Assembly: GCA_007694005.1 (NCBI GenBank) | Contig: RECN01000104.1 | Coordinates: 44,029-108,028 of the forward strand | Reading direction: 5' to 3' | Origin: Spirochaetaceae bacterium | GTDB lineage: Bacteria; Spirochaetota; Spirochaetia; DSM-27196; SKKC01 | DNA length: 64,000 nt | In this document: in pieces, positions 18,132 through 27,602 of the stretch | How the letters are laid out: the number at the start of each line of letters is the position of its first letter | Numbering within the stretch: the stretch's first letter is position 1 | Notes under the pieces: generated by a model | Seen by the model: only the letters and a program-made list of their open reading frames with translations | What the model was told of the DNA's origin: nothing | Database searches by the model: none | Position numbers and translations under genes: made by a program

Positions 18132-19115
18132 ATGGACACGTACACACCGTCTGATATTCATGCGAGTGTCGGGCAACTGATCAGTAACATTCGAACTGTG
18201 ATTTCCATCGATCAGAAAAAGCTCGAATACCTTGTGGCTGCATATATGGCCGGAGGGCATGTCCTGCTTGCGGACAGTCACGGAGTCGGAAAAACGAGCC
18301 TTGCACGAGCACTGGCCGGGAGCATCGTCTGGGACCGCGATCGATCCACGGCCCCGATCGATATGGATGACTTCAACCGTGTGCAGTGCACCGTTGATCT
18401 TCTTCCACAGGACATCATCGGGTACAACCGGATCACTGCCGATGGAACCACTCTATCGTTTAATCGTGGGCCGATCTTCAGTCATTTCGTGCTCTGCGAT
18501 GAAATCAACCTGCTTACTCCCAAGACCCAGGGAAGCTTCTTCCAGGCGATGGAAGAACAGGAGGTTTCAGTCGAGGGTCAGACGTATCCTCTGACCGATC
18601 CCTTCTTCATTATCGCGACGATGAATCTCAAAGGAGCGCACCTGTTTCCGCTGCCTGCACCACAGCTGGACCGGTTCATGGTACAGCTCTCCATGGGGTA
18701 TCCTCAAGAGGAAGATGAAGCCCGGATCGTACGCCAGCACGGACAGACCGATTCCTGGAACCGCTTCCGCCCCGTTGTACGGTGGGAAGAGGTGCGTGCC
18801 TGGAAACAGGCCGTTGACGATGTGTACATCCACGATGAAATCATCTCGTATATCGTATCCTGTGTCAGGGAAACACGCGCACACAGTGATGTTGCCGTAG
18901 GAGCAAGCCCGCGGACCGGGGTAAAAATCTCCCGGCTGGCACGATCTCTCGCCCTTCTTCGCGGACAGGACTTCGTGACGATAGATCTGGTAAAGGAGAT
19001 CTTTCCCGCCGCAGTGACGCACCGACTTGTCATGAAGAACGCCGCGGGAAAGGCCGAAGACGTCATTCGGGACGTGCTGACCAACGTGAGCGCAGAGGGT
19101 ATTCCGGTACGATGA
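18132..19115 (+). CDS. MoxR-family AAA+ ATPase
   Basis: 327-aa ORF. Walker A is GHVLLADSHGVGKTSLARALA, Walker B is FVLCDEINLLTPKTQGSFFQAMEEQEVSV, and FFIIATMN...LPAPQLDRFMVQLSMGYP follows. This is the classic MoxR (MRP subfamily) pattern. Confidence 0.9.
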   Translation: MDTYTPSDIHASVGQLISNIRTVISIDQKKLEYLVAAYMAGGHVLLADSHGVGKTSLARALAGSIVWDRDRSTAPIDMDDFNRVQCTVDLLPQDIIGYNRITADGTTLSFNRGPIFSHFVLCDEINLLTPKTQGSFFQAMEEQEVSVEGQTYPLTDPFFIIATMNLKGAHLFPLPAPQLDRFMVQLSMGYPQEEDEARIVRQHGQTDSWNRFRPVVRWEEVRAWKQAVDDVYIHDEIISYIVSCVRETRAHSDVAVGASPRTGVKISRLARSLALLRGQDFVTIDLVKEIFPAAVTHRLVMKNAAGKAEDVIRDVLTNVSAEGIPVR

Positions 19116-20452
19116 GCTCGTTCATGCAGTCGCTGAAGAGCAGCCATACCGCAGAGCAGATACGTACGTACTACCCGTTCACCTTCCTCGGTTCTTTTGT
19201 GATCATAACGGGCGTCTACATGGCAGCGCGCGGCCGTTCAACAGACGATGTATATCAGAGTCTGATAGGCTTTCTTGCTGTTCTCCTTCCATGCATGCTG
19301 ACGGTTCTTTCGCGCGTACAAGCCGTCCGCTTTTCGAACACCGAATGCACCTGGGCAATCCGCGACGAACTCTCCTGTTCGCTCGTACGACCAGCGGCAG
19401 AGGGAGACGTATCACTGTCGATTCCGCGTGCGACCGCGTGGCTGTTTTTTCGATTACACGTCAGGGTATCCGGCATGTTTTCGGCTTCTGATGCGATCCG
19501 GTATCACGTGCTCGAAGAACGCGCGACCGTTCAGGCGAATCCGCTCACGCTGTTTCTGAACCTGCCCCTCGCTGGCGTGCTCAGGCTCAGGGGAAACACC
19601 GAGATTCGTGATCTCTTCGGATTGACCCGGGCGGGTTTTGGCAGACCGTTCGGGCAGACCGTCTGTGTCAGGCCACAGTTGCCAGGGCGACCGCAGATCA
19701 CGCAACCTCAGGTGTCATCAGGGCAGTCGGAGACAGACAGGACCCGTAACCCGGATGAAACGCGTTACTACATGCGCGAGTATATCGCAGGCGATCGCGT
19801 TCGTGACATCAACTGGAAGGCGTCCCAGCGTTTCAGGTCTCTTATAACCCGCATCTCACCAGAGACGAGGAACAAGGAAACCACCATCACGATATATCTG
19901 CGGCACTTTGGTGACTCACGCCTTGACTCGCTGCTGGCCGCCGCTCACCTGTCCTACCTCACCGGCTGGCTGTTGTCCTTCGTCCGGACCCTGCTCGCAA
20001 CGGATGACAGTCTCAGGTTCAGGGTAGTCACCGCAGACGGCGTGACTCCCGTCGACGATTCTGCCGCAGCCGACCGGCTGGCCTGTACGCTTGCCGGAAT
20101 TTCGCTGAGACCGGAACCACCGAATTTGCCGGTACAGACCGAAGACAGACTTGTCGTTTTTTTCACCACTCCCTTCGATACAGATACACAAAAGGCTCTG
20201 GCGCGACATCGGGGCGTACCGGTGACGGTCTTTTCCACCGGACATTTACAGGCTTCCGGAGAAGCAGAGCTGTGTTCAACTGAGCCTCTCGCAATTTCGT
20301 TTGACAGCCGGCTTGTTCCGGTAAACACACGTGCGGTCCGTCTCGTCGAGCCTGAGACGCAAACGGGTCGGACGACAGGTTCGGTGTTCCTCGAGGAGGT
20401 AATCCTCATGGTGCAGAGGCGTACGGGCGCAGTTGAGAGGGATGCATTATGA
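19112..20452 (+). CDS. DUF58-domain protein (MoxR partner)
   Basis: 446-aa ORF with 2 N-terminal TM segments and the DUF58 signature YMREYIAGDRVRDINWKASQRFRSLITR. ATGA overlap with moxR. Confidence 0.8.
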   Translation: MSSFMQSLKSSHTAEQIRTYYPFTFLGSFVIITGVYMAARGRSTDDVYQSLIGFLAVLLPCMLTVLSRVQAVRFSNTECTWAIRDELSCSLVRPAAEGDVSLSIPRATAWLFFRLHVRVSGMFSASDAIRYHVLEERATVQANPLTLFLNLPLAGVLRLRGNTEIRDLFGLTRAGFGRPFGQTVCVRPQLPGRPQITQPQVSSGQSETDRTRNPDETRYYMREYIAGDRVRDINWKASQRFRSLITRISPETRNKETTITIYLRHFGDSRLDSLLAAAHLSYLTGWLLSFVRTLLATDDSLRFRVVTADGVTPVDDSAAADRLACTLAGISLRPEPPNLPVQTEDRLVVFFTTPFDTDTQKALARHRGVPVTVFSTGHLQASGEAELCSTEPLAISFDSRLVPVNTRAVRLVEPETQTGRTTGSVFLEEVILMVQRRTGAVERDAL

Positions 20453-22689
20453 AACGGAGTATCTTTTTCAGCAGAATGATGCTGTATCTTGTCGCCGTCA
20501 GCGTTCCGGTGTTCCACCCCGGAGTTGTTATCGGGTACAACGCAGGCGCAGCGATGATCTGGTTCGGTCTTGTGCCGCTTCAGATGCTGACAGCGTGTTT
20601 TGCCGCCCCTCCACGACTTCGCTTCGGTGCGTGGATAACACTCGGTCTACTGCCGGTAGCCGTGACCGGAGTGTTCATTGGACTCCACGCGTCCCCGATA
20701 CTGCCTGTATCGGTGGGGCTTGCAGCATTCGTTCTTACCGCTCTTCTTTTCTACCTGGGCTCACGGTTTCGCTGGCTCTTCATCGTAGAACAGGCGAGTC
20801 TTGCAATACTGTACTATCGCATACTGAATTTTTCTCGTGCGAGCGAGTTCCTTGCCGTACAATCCGCGACTGCAACACAGTTCATTCTGGGGCTTCTTGT
20901 CTTCGCGTTCCTTCTGCACGGTGCGATCATTACGACCTACCTTGGATACGGCACACGGAACGGGAGCGACAATTCACCGTGGAGAGACCGTTGGTCGCGC
21001 GTCCTCGTCGAAGGCACGCTGTTCATCTGTATTGCGGCCATCTCTCTCTTCTCGCTCGCCTATCTGCTTCCCCAGGATTTTCTCGTTCATAATCCGGTGA
21101 CAAATCTTCTCGGCCGGCAGGTAGAACCACCATCCCGGTCTCTCGACGACCTCGCACAGGAACTGCTGGATCACAGGAACGGTGGTTCTGACCGTAACAG
21201 CAGCCGGAGTTCCGACGGTGACGGGCACGGCGGAGACACGTCGGACACACGTGGCGACGGCGACGAGTACGAACTCTCGGGTATACCGTCCGAGGACTGG
21301 GGAACCGGGAGCGGAGGAACAGACGAGCAGCGCGCAGTACTCGTTGTCGCCTCGCAGTTTGAGCCGGTCTACGCAGCAGACGGGTACCGGGACCGTTTCG
21401 ACCGCGAACACGGCTTCGTTTCCGTCGAGGACCAGGCACTCAACGATCTCGTGCATCGGCGCCTCGCCGGAACCTGGCAGAACACCTCAATCGGTCGCGA
21501 CCGCGGGCGGACGAGCGTCGAAACAGCCTATTACTCTACGTTTCCCGACCGCATTCTGCCCTATCTGCCGGTATCTGCCGAGCCGACCGTGTATCAGACA
21601 CGATACTACCCGTTCTCCTACTCGTATCGCGGCGTTTCACGGATGCAGAACTCGCCACCGCACGTCCTCCGGCGCGCTCCCGACCTGAGCCCCGAGGAAC
21701 AGAATCGATTCTCCTCATGGACAGGAATTGAGCTCGAGCCCGAGCATCGTGCTGCATTCGAGAACCACATTGATGAACACATTCCGAGTGTTCCCGAAAA
21801 CCTGCACGAGCGCATTCTTGCTATCCTTCAGAGCTTCCGGGGTTTTCAGTACGAGCTCGGCTTTGAAGATGACTTCTCTCCGGCTCATATGGCGAACTTC
21901 GTTTCGACGACCCTCTCCGGTGACTGTGTTGAGTTCTCCAATACTGCCGCAATCCTGGGTCGTATGCTCGGAATACCGTCCCGGGTGGTTACCGGTTATC
22001 TCGCGGCCGAGAGTCTTCAGACACCAGCCCATGACCGGGGCCTCGCTGTCCTGCAGAACAGCCTTCCCTTTCTGCAGGAGTATTCTCTTGACGATCTCCT
22101 GCTGGTAACGACCAGCCACAGGCACGCGTGGGTTCAGTTCTGGATCCCGGGATACGGCTGGACGGACTTCGAGCCTACCAGTTACGCCATCCCGCCCGAA
22201 CCGGGAAGCGATCCGAATGAACGCAGAGTCGTTATTCCGATTATCGATCCGCGGGACCCGCCTCCGCAGACGACCATTCCCTGGCCGGAGATCGCACGCG
22301 GGATTCTTCGTCTCCTTGTGGTCTTTGTGTCGCTTCTGTACCTCTGGCGTTACGGAATGGAAGGCTATCTCGCCCTTCGCTCCCGAAGACCGGACCGCGG
22401 AGGTCTGCGGGCGCGATACCGCCTTCTCCTCATGAAACTCGCCGCAGACGGACATCGTCTCAAACCACGTTCAGCGACGATTCTTGAGTATTCGGACACC
22501 TACCCCGATCTTCTCAGGTTCGCGCTGCGTTACGATTCAGCGATGTATGGACGACCTTTACAGGACCCGTCGGTACTGCGTGAATCGATGCTGACGGAAT
22601 ACCGGATTGCGCGTTCGGCTCTGAAGCCTCGCGGGTTCCGTGCCGTGTTCCGACGCCTGTTCAGTCTGCGAGGTCTTCACTATGCATAG
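20449..22689 (+). CDS. Transglutaminase-like membrane protein (TgpA-like)
   Basis: 746-aa ORF with a polytopic N-terminus and a Gly/Asp/Ser-rich linker. The transglutaminase core carries the catalytic Cys motif GDCVEFSNTAAILGRMLGIPSRVVTGY, then HAWVQFWIPGYGWTDFEPT (His/Asp). A C-terminal TM segment follows. ATGA overlap with the DUF58 gene. Confidence 0.8.
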   Translation: MKRSIFFSRMMLYLVAVSVPVFHPGVVIGYNAGAAMIWFGLVPLQMLTACFAAPPRLRFGAWITLGLLPVAVTGVFIGLHASPILPVSVGLAAFVLTALLFYLGSRFRWLFIVEQASLAILYYRILNFSRASEFLAVQSATATQFILGLLVFAFLLHGAIITTYLGYGTRNGSDNSPWRDRWSRVLVEGTLFICIAAISLFSLAYLLPQDFLVHNPVTNLLGRQVEPPSRSLDDLAQELLDHRNGGSDRNSSRSSDGDGHGGDTSDTRGDGDEYELSGIPSEDWGTGSGGTDEQRAVLVVASQFEPVYAADGYRDRFDREHGFVSVEDQALNDLVHRRLAGTWQNTSIGRDRGRTSVETAYYSTFPDRILPYLPVSAEPTVYQTRYYPFSYSYRGVSRMQNSPPHVLRRAPDLSPEEQNRFSSWTGIELEPEHRAAFENHIDEHIPSVPENLHERILAILQSFRGFQYELGFEDDFSPAHMANFVSTTLSGDCVEFSNTAAILGRMLGIPSRVVTGYLAAESLQTPAHDRGLAVLQNSLPFLQEYSLDDLLLVTTSHRHAWVQFWIPGYGWTDFEPTSYAIPPEPGSDPNERRVVIPIIDPRDPPPQTTIPWPEIARGILRLLVVFVSLLYLWRYGMEGYLALRSRRPDRGGLRARYRLLLMKLAADGHRLKPRSATILEYSDTYPDLLRFALRYDSAMYGRPLQDPSVLRESMLTEYRIARSALKPRGFRAVFRRLFSLRGLHYA

Positions 22690-23941
22690 TTCAAGAACGA
22701 CGGCTGCCGTATGTCTGCTGCTGTCGGTACTGCTTGGCAGCTGCACCGGGCAGGCCGAGTGGACGCGTTTTCGTGGCGAGGGCGGCCGTGGTCACAGTCG
22801 TAACCTCATGACACCGCCGCTTGGGATACGCTGGGAGCTTTCGTTACAGTCGGAGGACCAGCGCGGTTTTGCATTCAACAATCTCGTCATCCGTGAAAAC
22901 CGTCTGTACTTCGGAACGACAGACGGTAACTTCTACGCAATGAACATCGAGACAGGATATATGGACTGGGTATACAGAACGGGAGCTCCGGTGAACTCGG
23001 TACCCTATGCTGACGAAACTCACGTCTACTTCGGTTCGAACGACGGTCATGTATACGCGGTACATCGGGAAAGTGGCGAGGAAGCCTGGCGCTTCAACAC
23101 CGGCAGCACCGTTCAGAGCACCGTTATTCGACACGAAGACCAGATCATTTTCGGGAGTGACGGAGGGGGTATCTGGTTCCTGTCACTTGATGGTGAACTC
23201 GAACACTACATCGATAATCCCGTATGGCATCGCGTCAGCCTGCAGGTTGACCGAAACAGACTCATGCTGACCCCCGGCCCGATTGAAAACCCGAGGACGC
23301 TCGGCGTATACGATCTTCGGGAACAGCGACATCTCTGGCTCCTTCCGGAAGAGATCATGCAGGCCACGTGGTACAGCTTCCCGGCTTCAACCGGTGACGC
23401 AATGATCATGCAGACCAGCCGCTTCGGCGGCGACGGTCTGATATTTAACACCTACTCACTTGACTTTGACACAGGTGACATACAATGGTCGCGAAGCTTC
23501 TCCTCAACCTTCGGTACACACGCACCTGATGATCTGTTCCGGTACTGGCGTCGGGATCTGCTTAACATTCTCGACTACCAGGCGCCCGCAGTCTGGCGGA
23601 ACTCGGTGATCGTTGCGGGAGGCGACAACACGGTTCGGGCCTTGAATGTGGACAATGGAAACATCCTGTGGGAGAAGCAGTTCAACCACCACACGTCAAG
23701 CGCACCCATGGTCGTCGGCGACACCGTGTTCATTGGTATCCATGGCGATCGGGACGATCGGATTCCCGAAGGAGAAGAGCGCACCGGGCCACGGCTTGTA
23801 GCGCTCAGTGCCCGCAGCGGGAGTCGGGTATGGGAGTTCGAGACCAATGGAGTGATCCTCAGTCCTCCGGTAAGCGCTGGACGGCACATGGTCTTTGGCA
23901 CGGACCGGAATTTTGTCTATGTTCTTGAGCGGGTATTTTGA
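22682..23941 (+). CDS. PQQ-like/BamB-like beta-propeller lipoprotein
   Basis: ORF 22640-23941. I prefer ATG 22682 (MHSSRTTAAVCLLLSVLLGSC, signal peptide plus lipobox). Repeated propeller blades are visible (LYFGTTDGNFYAMNIETGYMDW, VYFGSNDGHVYAVHRESGEEAW, VRALNVDNGNILWE, VFGTDRNFVYVL). Overlaps the transglutaminase stop by 8 nt. Confidence 0.7.
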   Translation: MHSSRTTAAVCLLLSVLLGSCTGQAEWTRFRGEGGRGHSRNLMTPPLGIRWELSLQSEDQRGFAFNNLVIRENRLYFGTTDGNFYAMNIETGYMDWVYRTGAPVNSVPYADETHVYFGSNDGHVYAVHRESGEEAWRFNTGSTVQSTVIRHEDQIIFGSDGGGIWFLSLDGELEHYIDNPVWHRVSLQVDRNRLMLTPGPIENPRTLGVYDLREQRHLWLLPEEIMQATWYSFPASTGDAMIMQTSRFGGDGLIFNTYSLDFDTGDIQWSRSFSSTFGTHAPDDLFRYWRRDLLNILDYQAPAVWRNSVIVAGGDNTVRALNVDNGNILWEKQFNHHTSSAPMVVGDTVFIGIHGDRDDRIPEGEERTGPRLVALSARSGSRVWEFETNGVILSPPVSAGRHMVFGTDRNFVYVLERVF

Positions 23942-23958
23942 TACACTGCAGGCATTCT

Positions 23959-25005
23959 ATGAAACGCATAAACTATTTCATCGTAACTGCAATTCTTTCA
24001 GTGCTTGTCTTCAGCCTTTCGATTTCATGCTCAAGAAACAGCGGCCCGACGCGCGAGACCCGATTTCTTCTCGGGACGGCTTCGACGATCAGCGTGTTCG
24101 ACAGTTCTTATCCCTCGCAGGCGATCTCCCGGGCATTCGACCGCGTATCCGAAATTCAGGGGCTCATGAGTATCAACGAGTCCGAATACGACGACACGGA
24201 GATACTCGAAGTCAACCGGAATACAGGCCTGTCCCCGGTTACCGTTTCGGACGATACTGCGCTGGTCGTTTCTGAAGGGGTCAGATGGGCACAGTTGAGC
24301 GGTGGTGCGTTCGATATCTCCATCGCCCCTCTTGTCGAGCTCTGGGGCATCGGCACGCCCCGGGAGCGGGTGCCTGCACCATCGGAGATCGAGGATACGC
24401 TTCCGCTGGTAAACTACCGCCGGATTTCAATTAGCGATGGGAACCGCATCTTTCTGCCCGAAGAAGGCATGGGCATCGATGTCGGGGGAATCGCAAAGGG
24501 GTATGCGGTTGATGAAGCTGCGCGAGTTCTTCGTGAAGCAGGGATTCAGCACGCCCTTATCGACTTTGGCGGTGACATATTCACGATAGGAACCCGTGTC
24601 GACGGGAACCCGTGGCGAATCGGGGTGCAACACCCGTCCTCGGTGCGACAGGACCTGCTCGCGGTTGTGGAGCTCGTCGATCTGGCCATAGTCTCATCCG
24701 GTGACTACGAGCGCTATTTCGAGCAGAACGGGATACGCTATCATCATATTCTTGATCCTGCGACCGGCATGCCTTCACGATCCGGTCTCACGAGTGCGAC
24801 GGTCATTGGACCGGATACAATTGGTGCTGACGCACTGTCTACGGCGGTGTTCGTCATGGGGCTCGACGATGGAATGGCGCTCATAGAGTCTCTTCCCGAC
24901 TATGAAGCAATCTTTGCTACCGCAAATCGCAGGGTATACGTCAGCAGTGGTCTCCGAGGGCGCGTTGAGCTGCTCGCATCAGATCACGAACTCGCGGATT
25001 CATGA
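23959..25005 (+). CDS. apbE: FAD:protein FMN transferase (ApbE/Ftp), lipoprotein
   Basis: ORF 23938-25005 (TTG start). ATG 23959 gives MKRINYFIVTAILSVLVFSLSISC, a lipoprotein signal. ApbE motifs are present: AFDISIAPLVELWG, GIDVGGIAKGYAVDEAARVL, HHILDPATGMP, ADALSTAVFVMG. Confidence 0.85.
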   Translation: MKRINYFIVTAILSVLVFSLSISCSRNSGPTRETRFLLGTASTISVFDSSYPSQAISRAFDRVSEIQGLMSINESEYDDTEILEVNRNTGLSPVTVSDDTALVVSEGVRWAQLSGGAFDISIAPLVELWGIGTPRERVPAPSEIEDTLPLVNYRRISISDGNRIFLPEEGMGIDVGGIAKGYAVDEAARVLREAGIQHALIDFGGDIFTIGTRVDGNPWRIGVQHPSSVRQDLLAVVELVDLAIVSSGDYERYFEQNGIRYHHILDPATGMPSRSGLTSATVIGPDTIGADALSTAVFVMGLDDGMALIESLPDYEAIFATANRRVYVSSGLRGRVELLASDHELADS

Positions 25006-26729
25006 AAAGACGGGCTGCACTCGTACTTCTCGTCAGTGCGGGATTTCTCCTGAACGCGCTTCTCAACACCTACCGGTGGCTCGCTTCGGGGTATGCGATC
25101 ACCGCCATCGTACCGTCACCCGTGCTTCTGGCGGGCATCCTTCTGGTCTGGATCACGACGCGAACACAGGGTGATGCCACCGGCCGGCGTTCGCGGGTAC
25201 TTGTTAACGCGCTCAGTGCCTGCATCGGCTTCGCACTCGTATACTCCGTAGCCGAAGGAGCCATACAGCTTCTGTATGCTCGCCGCTTCATTCCTTCGTC
25301 GGACATCTCGTACGTCCGCGGCGGGCTGCTCCTTCTCTTTCCGGAAGCGACGGCAACCGTCACCGCGTTAACGCCGTTCGTCATCTTCCTGATCCTCGGG
25401 TTTACATTTCTGCTCGCGCGCGTGTATCTGCTGCTCGTACGTGCAACCGCCTTACAGATCCCTGCCCTGACAACCCGCATGCAACGCCTGGCGGTTATCT
25501 GTGCGTGTTTTGTGATGATAGCCGTGGTATCCGTGCGCGTGTTTTCTTCTCCGACTCGCGACAGCGAAACGTGGTCGCACATGCTCATCCCGATAATGCT
25601 GCGTGGTGCCGTGGATATCGACCGTTTCGAGCTCGCCGACCCTGTAATCAATGACGACGAACGCGAACACGCCGACGAGGAACTCGAGGCGGACAGAAAT
25701 GACCGGGATGAAGCGTATGGTCTTCCGGGGATCAGGGACGCGGATATATACATGTTCGCCGTCGAGAGCTATGGAATTACTGTTTTCGAGAATGAAGAGC
25801 AACGCGCGGCGCTTCTACCGGTCATACGCGACAGTTATGAACGTCTGCAGTCAGCGGGGTTTTCGGTTGCAAGCCATTATCTCGAGTCTCCGGTCTTCAG
25901 TGGGCTTTCGTGGCTTGCAGAGGCAACACTGTTCAGCGGTAATGTAATAGACAGACAGTCCCGTTTTGAGAATCTCATTGAAACCGGGGTCTATTCGCTG
26001 CCTGATTTTCTCGCTGAAGAAGCACAGTATTACAACATGAAGGCGAAACCCGGAGCCGTACACGGAGACTGGCCTGAAGGCTACGACGTGTTCGGTTTCG
26101 ACGAGATGCTCATTGCGTATAACGACGACTTCAGATATCGGGGGCCCTGGTTCAGTTTCGTGCCTGTCCCTGACCAGTTCGCAATTCAGGCACTGCACGA
26201 ACGCATACAGGAGCGAAAAGACGACGGGACTCTCGAAGACCGTCCCCTCTTTGCCTATTACCAGCTCGTATCAAGTCACATACCATTCAACCACATCCCC
26301 GAGTATCTCAGTGACTGGTCACGGCTTGGCGACGGGTCGATATACTTCGAGACGGACAATCAGGTCTTCGACAATGACTACTTCTCGGGCACCGAGTACG
26401 TTGAAGGTTTTATCGCCTCAATCGAGTACGTGTTTGAGGTACTGACCGAGTACGTAACCCGATTCATCCCTGAGGATCGCGAGAGTCTGATCGTGTTTTT
26501 CGGGGATCATCAACCAGGATCCGTAGTCAGCGGCAGAGGTGCTTCGCGATCGGTTCCCATTCACGTCATTTCCCGGAATGACGCCATAGTTCGCGGCTTT
26601 ATCGAAGAACTGTCGTACGTTCCGGGAATGATCCCTGACCAGCCACATCCACATCCGCACATGGCCGACTTCTACCCTGACTTTGTACGCATCAGCAGGC
26701 TGCAGCCCTCTTCTGACGTGCAGGACTGA
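25002..26729 (+). CDS. Membrane-anchored alkaline-phosphatase-superfamily (sulfatase/LtaS-like) protein
   Basis: 575-aa ORF. The N-terminal ~200 aa have about 5 TM helices, followed by an acidic linker and a C-terminal soluble domain. That domain has DIYMFAVESYG (metal-binding-like), SGLSWLAEATLFSG (possible nucleophile Ser) and VFFGDHQPG (the GDH motif typical of sulfatase/LtaS enzymes). ATGA overlap with apbE. Confidence 0.55.
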   Translation: MKRRAALVLLVSAGFLLNALLNTYRWLASGYAITAIVPSPVLLAGILLVWITTRTQGDATGRRSRVLVNALSACIGFALVYSVAEGAIQLLYARRFIPSSDISYVRGGLLLLFPEATATVTALTPFVIFLILGFTFLLARVYLLLVRATALQIPALTTRMQRLAVICACFVMIAVVSVRVFSSPTRDSETWSHMLIPIMLRGAVDIDRFELADPVINDDEREHADEELEADRNDRDEAYGLPGIRDADIYMFAVESYGITVFENEEQRAALLPVIRDSYERLQSAGFSVASHYLESPVFSGLSWLAEATLFSGNVIDRQSRFENLIETGVYSLPDFLAEEAQYYNMKAKPGAVHGDWPEGYDVFGFDEMLIAYNDDFRYRGPWFSFVPVPDQFAIQALHERIQERKDDGTLEDRPLFAYYQLVSSHIPFNHIPEYLSDWSRLGDGSIYFETDNQVFDNDYFSGTEYVEGFIASIEYVFEVLTEYVTRFIPEDRESLIVFFGDHQPGSVVSGRGASRSVPIHVISRNDAIVRGFIEELSYVPGMIPDQPHPHPHMADFYPDFVRISRLQPSSDVQD

Positions 26730-26734
26730 ACTGC

Positions 26735-27553
26735 TTACCTGTCGATTTCGCAGATCTGACTCAGCCGGGGTACAATTTCTTTCATGGCTGCATACCCGCG
26801 CTCTATTGCTTCGTCTATCCTACCCATACTGTGGTATGAGAAGCCGACCAGATCCGGCTGGAGAAAGATATCCGAGTTTCGACGTCCGACATCACTGGTG
26901 GCATACATGAGTATACCCATGGTACGCGCGAGCACGTCGACCACGTTGTCAATTCCTTCGTCCGAACCGACATTGTCGGCGTTCAGGTCCACCCCGACGA
27001 CAAAGTCAGCTCCGAGCGACCGCGCCACGTCGGCGGGCACCGAGTTGCGGATTCCTCCGTCAACCAGAAGCTCACCGTCGCGTTCGACCGGAACAAAAAC
27101 ACCAGGCAGACCACAACTCGCGCGTACTGCGGTATGCACCGGCCCGCTTCGGATCACGCGTTCCTGGCCGGAGACGAGGTCAACCGTTACCGCCGCGAAG
27201 GGAAGCTTCAGATCATCGATCTGAATGTCGCCGATCAGTTCCTGTACGAGATCGCTGAGTTTGTCGGTCTTCACGAGCCCCATTCTGGGAAAAGTCATCT
27301 GAACGAGATCGGCCCACTTCATTTTTCGTGCCTCTTCTTCAATACGATGCGAGTCAAAGCCCGCACAGTACAGCGCGCCGACCAGACTCCCGGCACTCGT
27401 CCCCGCGACGCATGAAGGTACGATGTTACCTTCCTCAAGCGCCCGAATCACGCCAATATGTGCGAATCCCCGCGCAGCACCCCCTCCGAGCGCAAGGCCG
27501 AGCTTTTTCGGTTGCTCGACCGCCCTGCGTATGATTGACGCGAATACGTTCAT
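26735..27553 (-). CDS. Patatin-like phospholipase (RssA-like)
   Basis: ORF 26735-27625. I prefer Met25 (27553) because the longer form would overlap the divergent 27603 gene. Motifs: GLALGGGAARGFAHIGV (oxyanion Gly-rich), AGTSAGS (GxSxG) and LVDGGIRNSVP (catalytic Asp). Confidence 0.8.
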   Translation of the reverse strand: MNVFASIIRRAVEQPKKLGLALGGGAARGFAHIGVIRALEEGNIVPSCVAGTSAGSLVGALYCAGFDSHRIEEEARKMKWADLVQMTFPRMGLVKTDKLSDLVQELIGDIQIDDLKLPFAAVTVDLVSGQERVIRSGPVHTAVRASCGLPGVFVPVERDGELLVDGGIRNSVPADVARSLGADFVVGVDLNADNVGSDEGIDNVVDVLARTMGILMYATSDVGRRNSDIFLQPDLVGFSYHSMGRIDEAIERGYAAMKEIVPRLSQICEIDR

Positions 27554-27602
27554 GTGGACACCCGATAGACACGTTTCAAAGCTTTCTTCATCATTACCCC
27601 AT

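Noticed and set aside
21170-21330. Gly/Asp/Ser-rich segment (GGSDRNSSRSSDGDGHGGDTSDTRGDGDEYE...) that looked like a possible DNA tandem repeat
   Set aside because: No exact nucleotide repeat unit is visible. It is a low-complexity linker inside the transglutaminase membrane protein.
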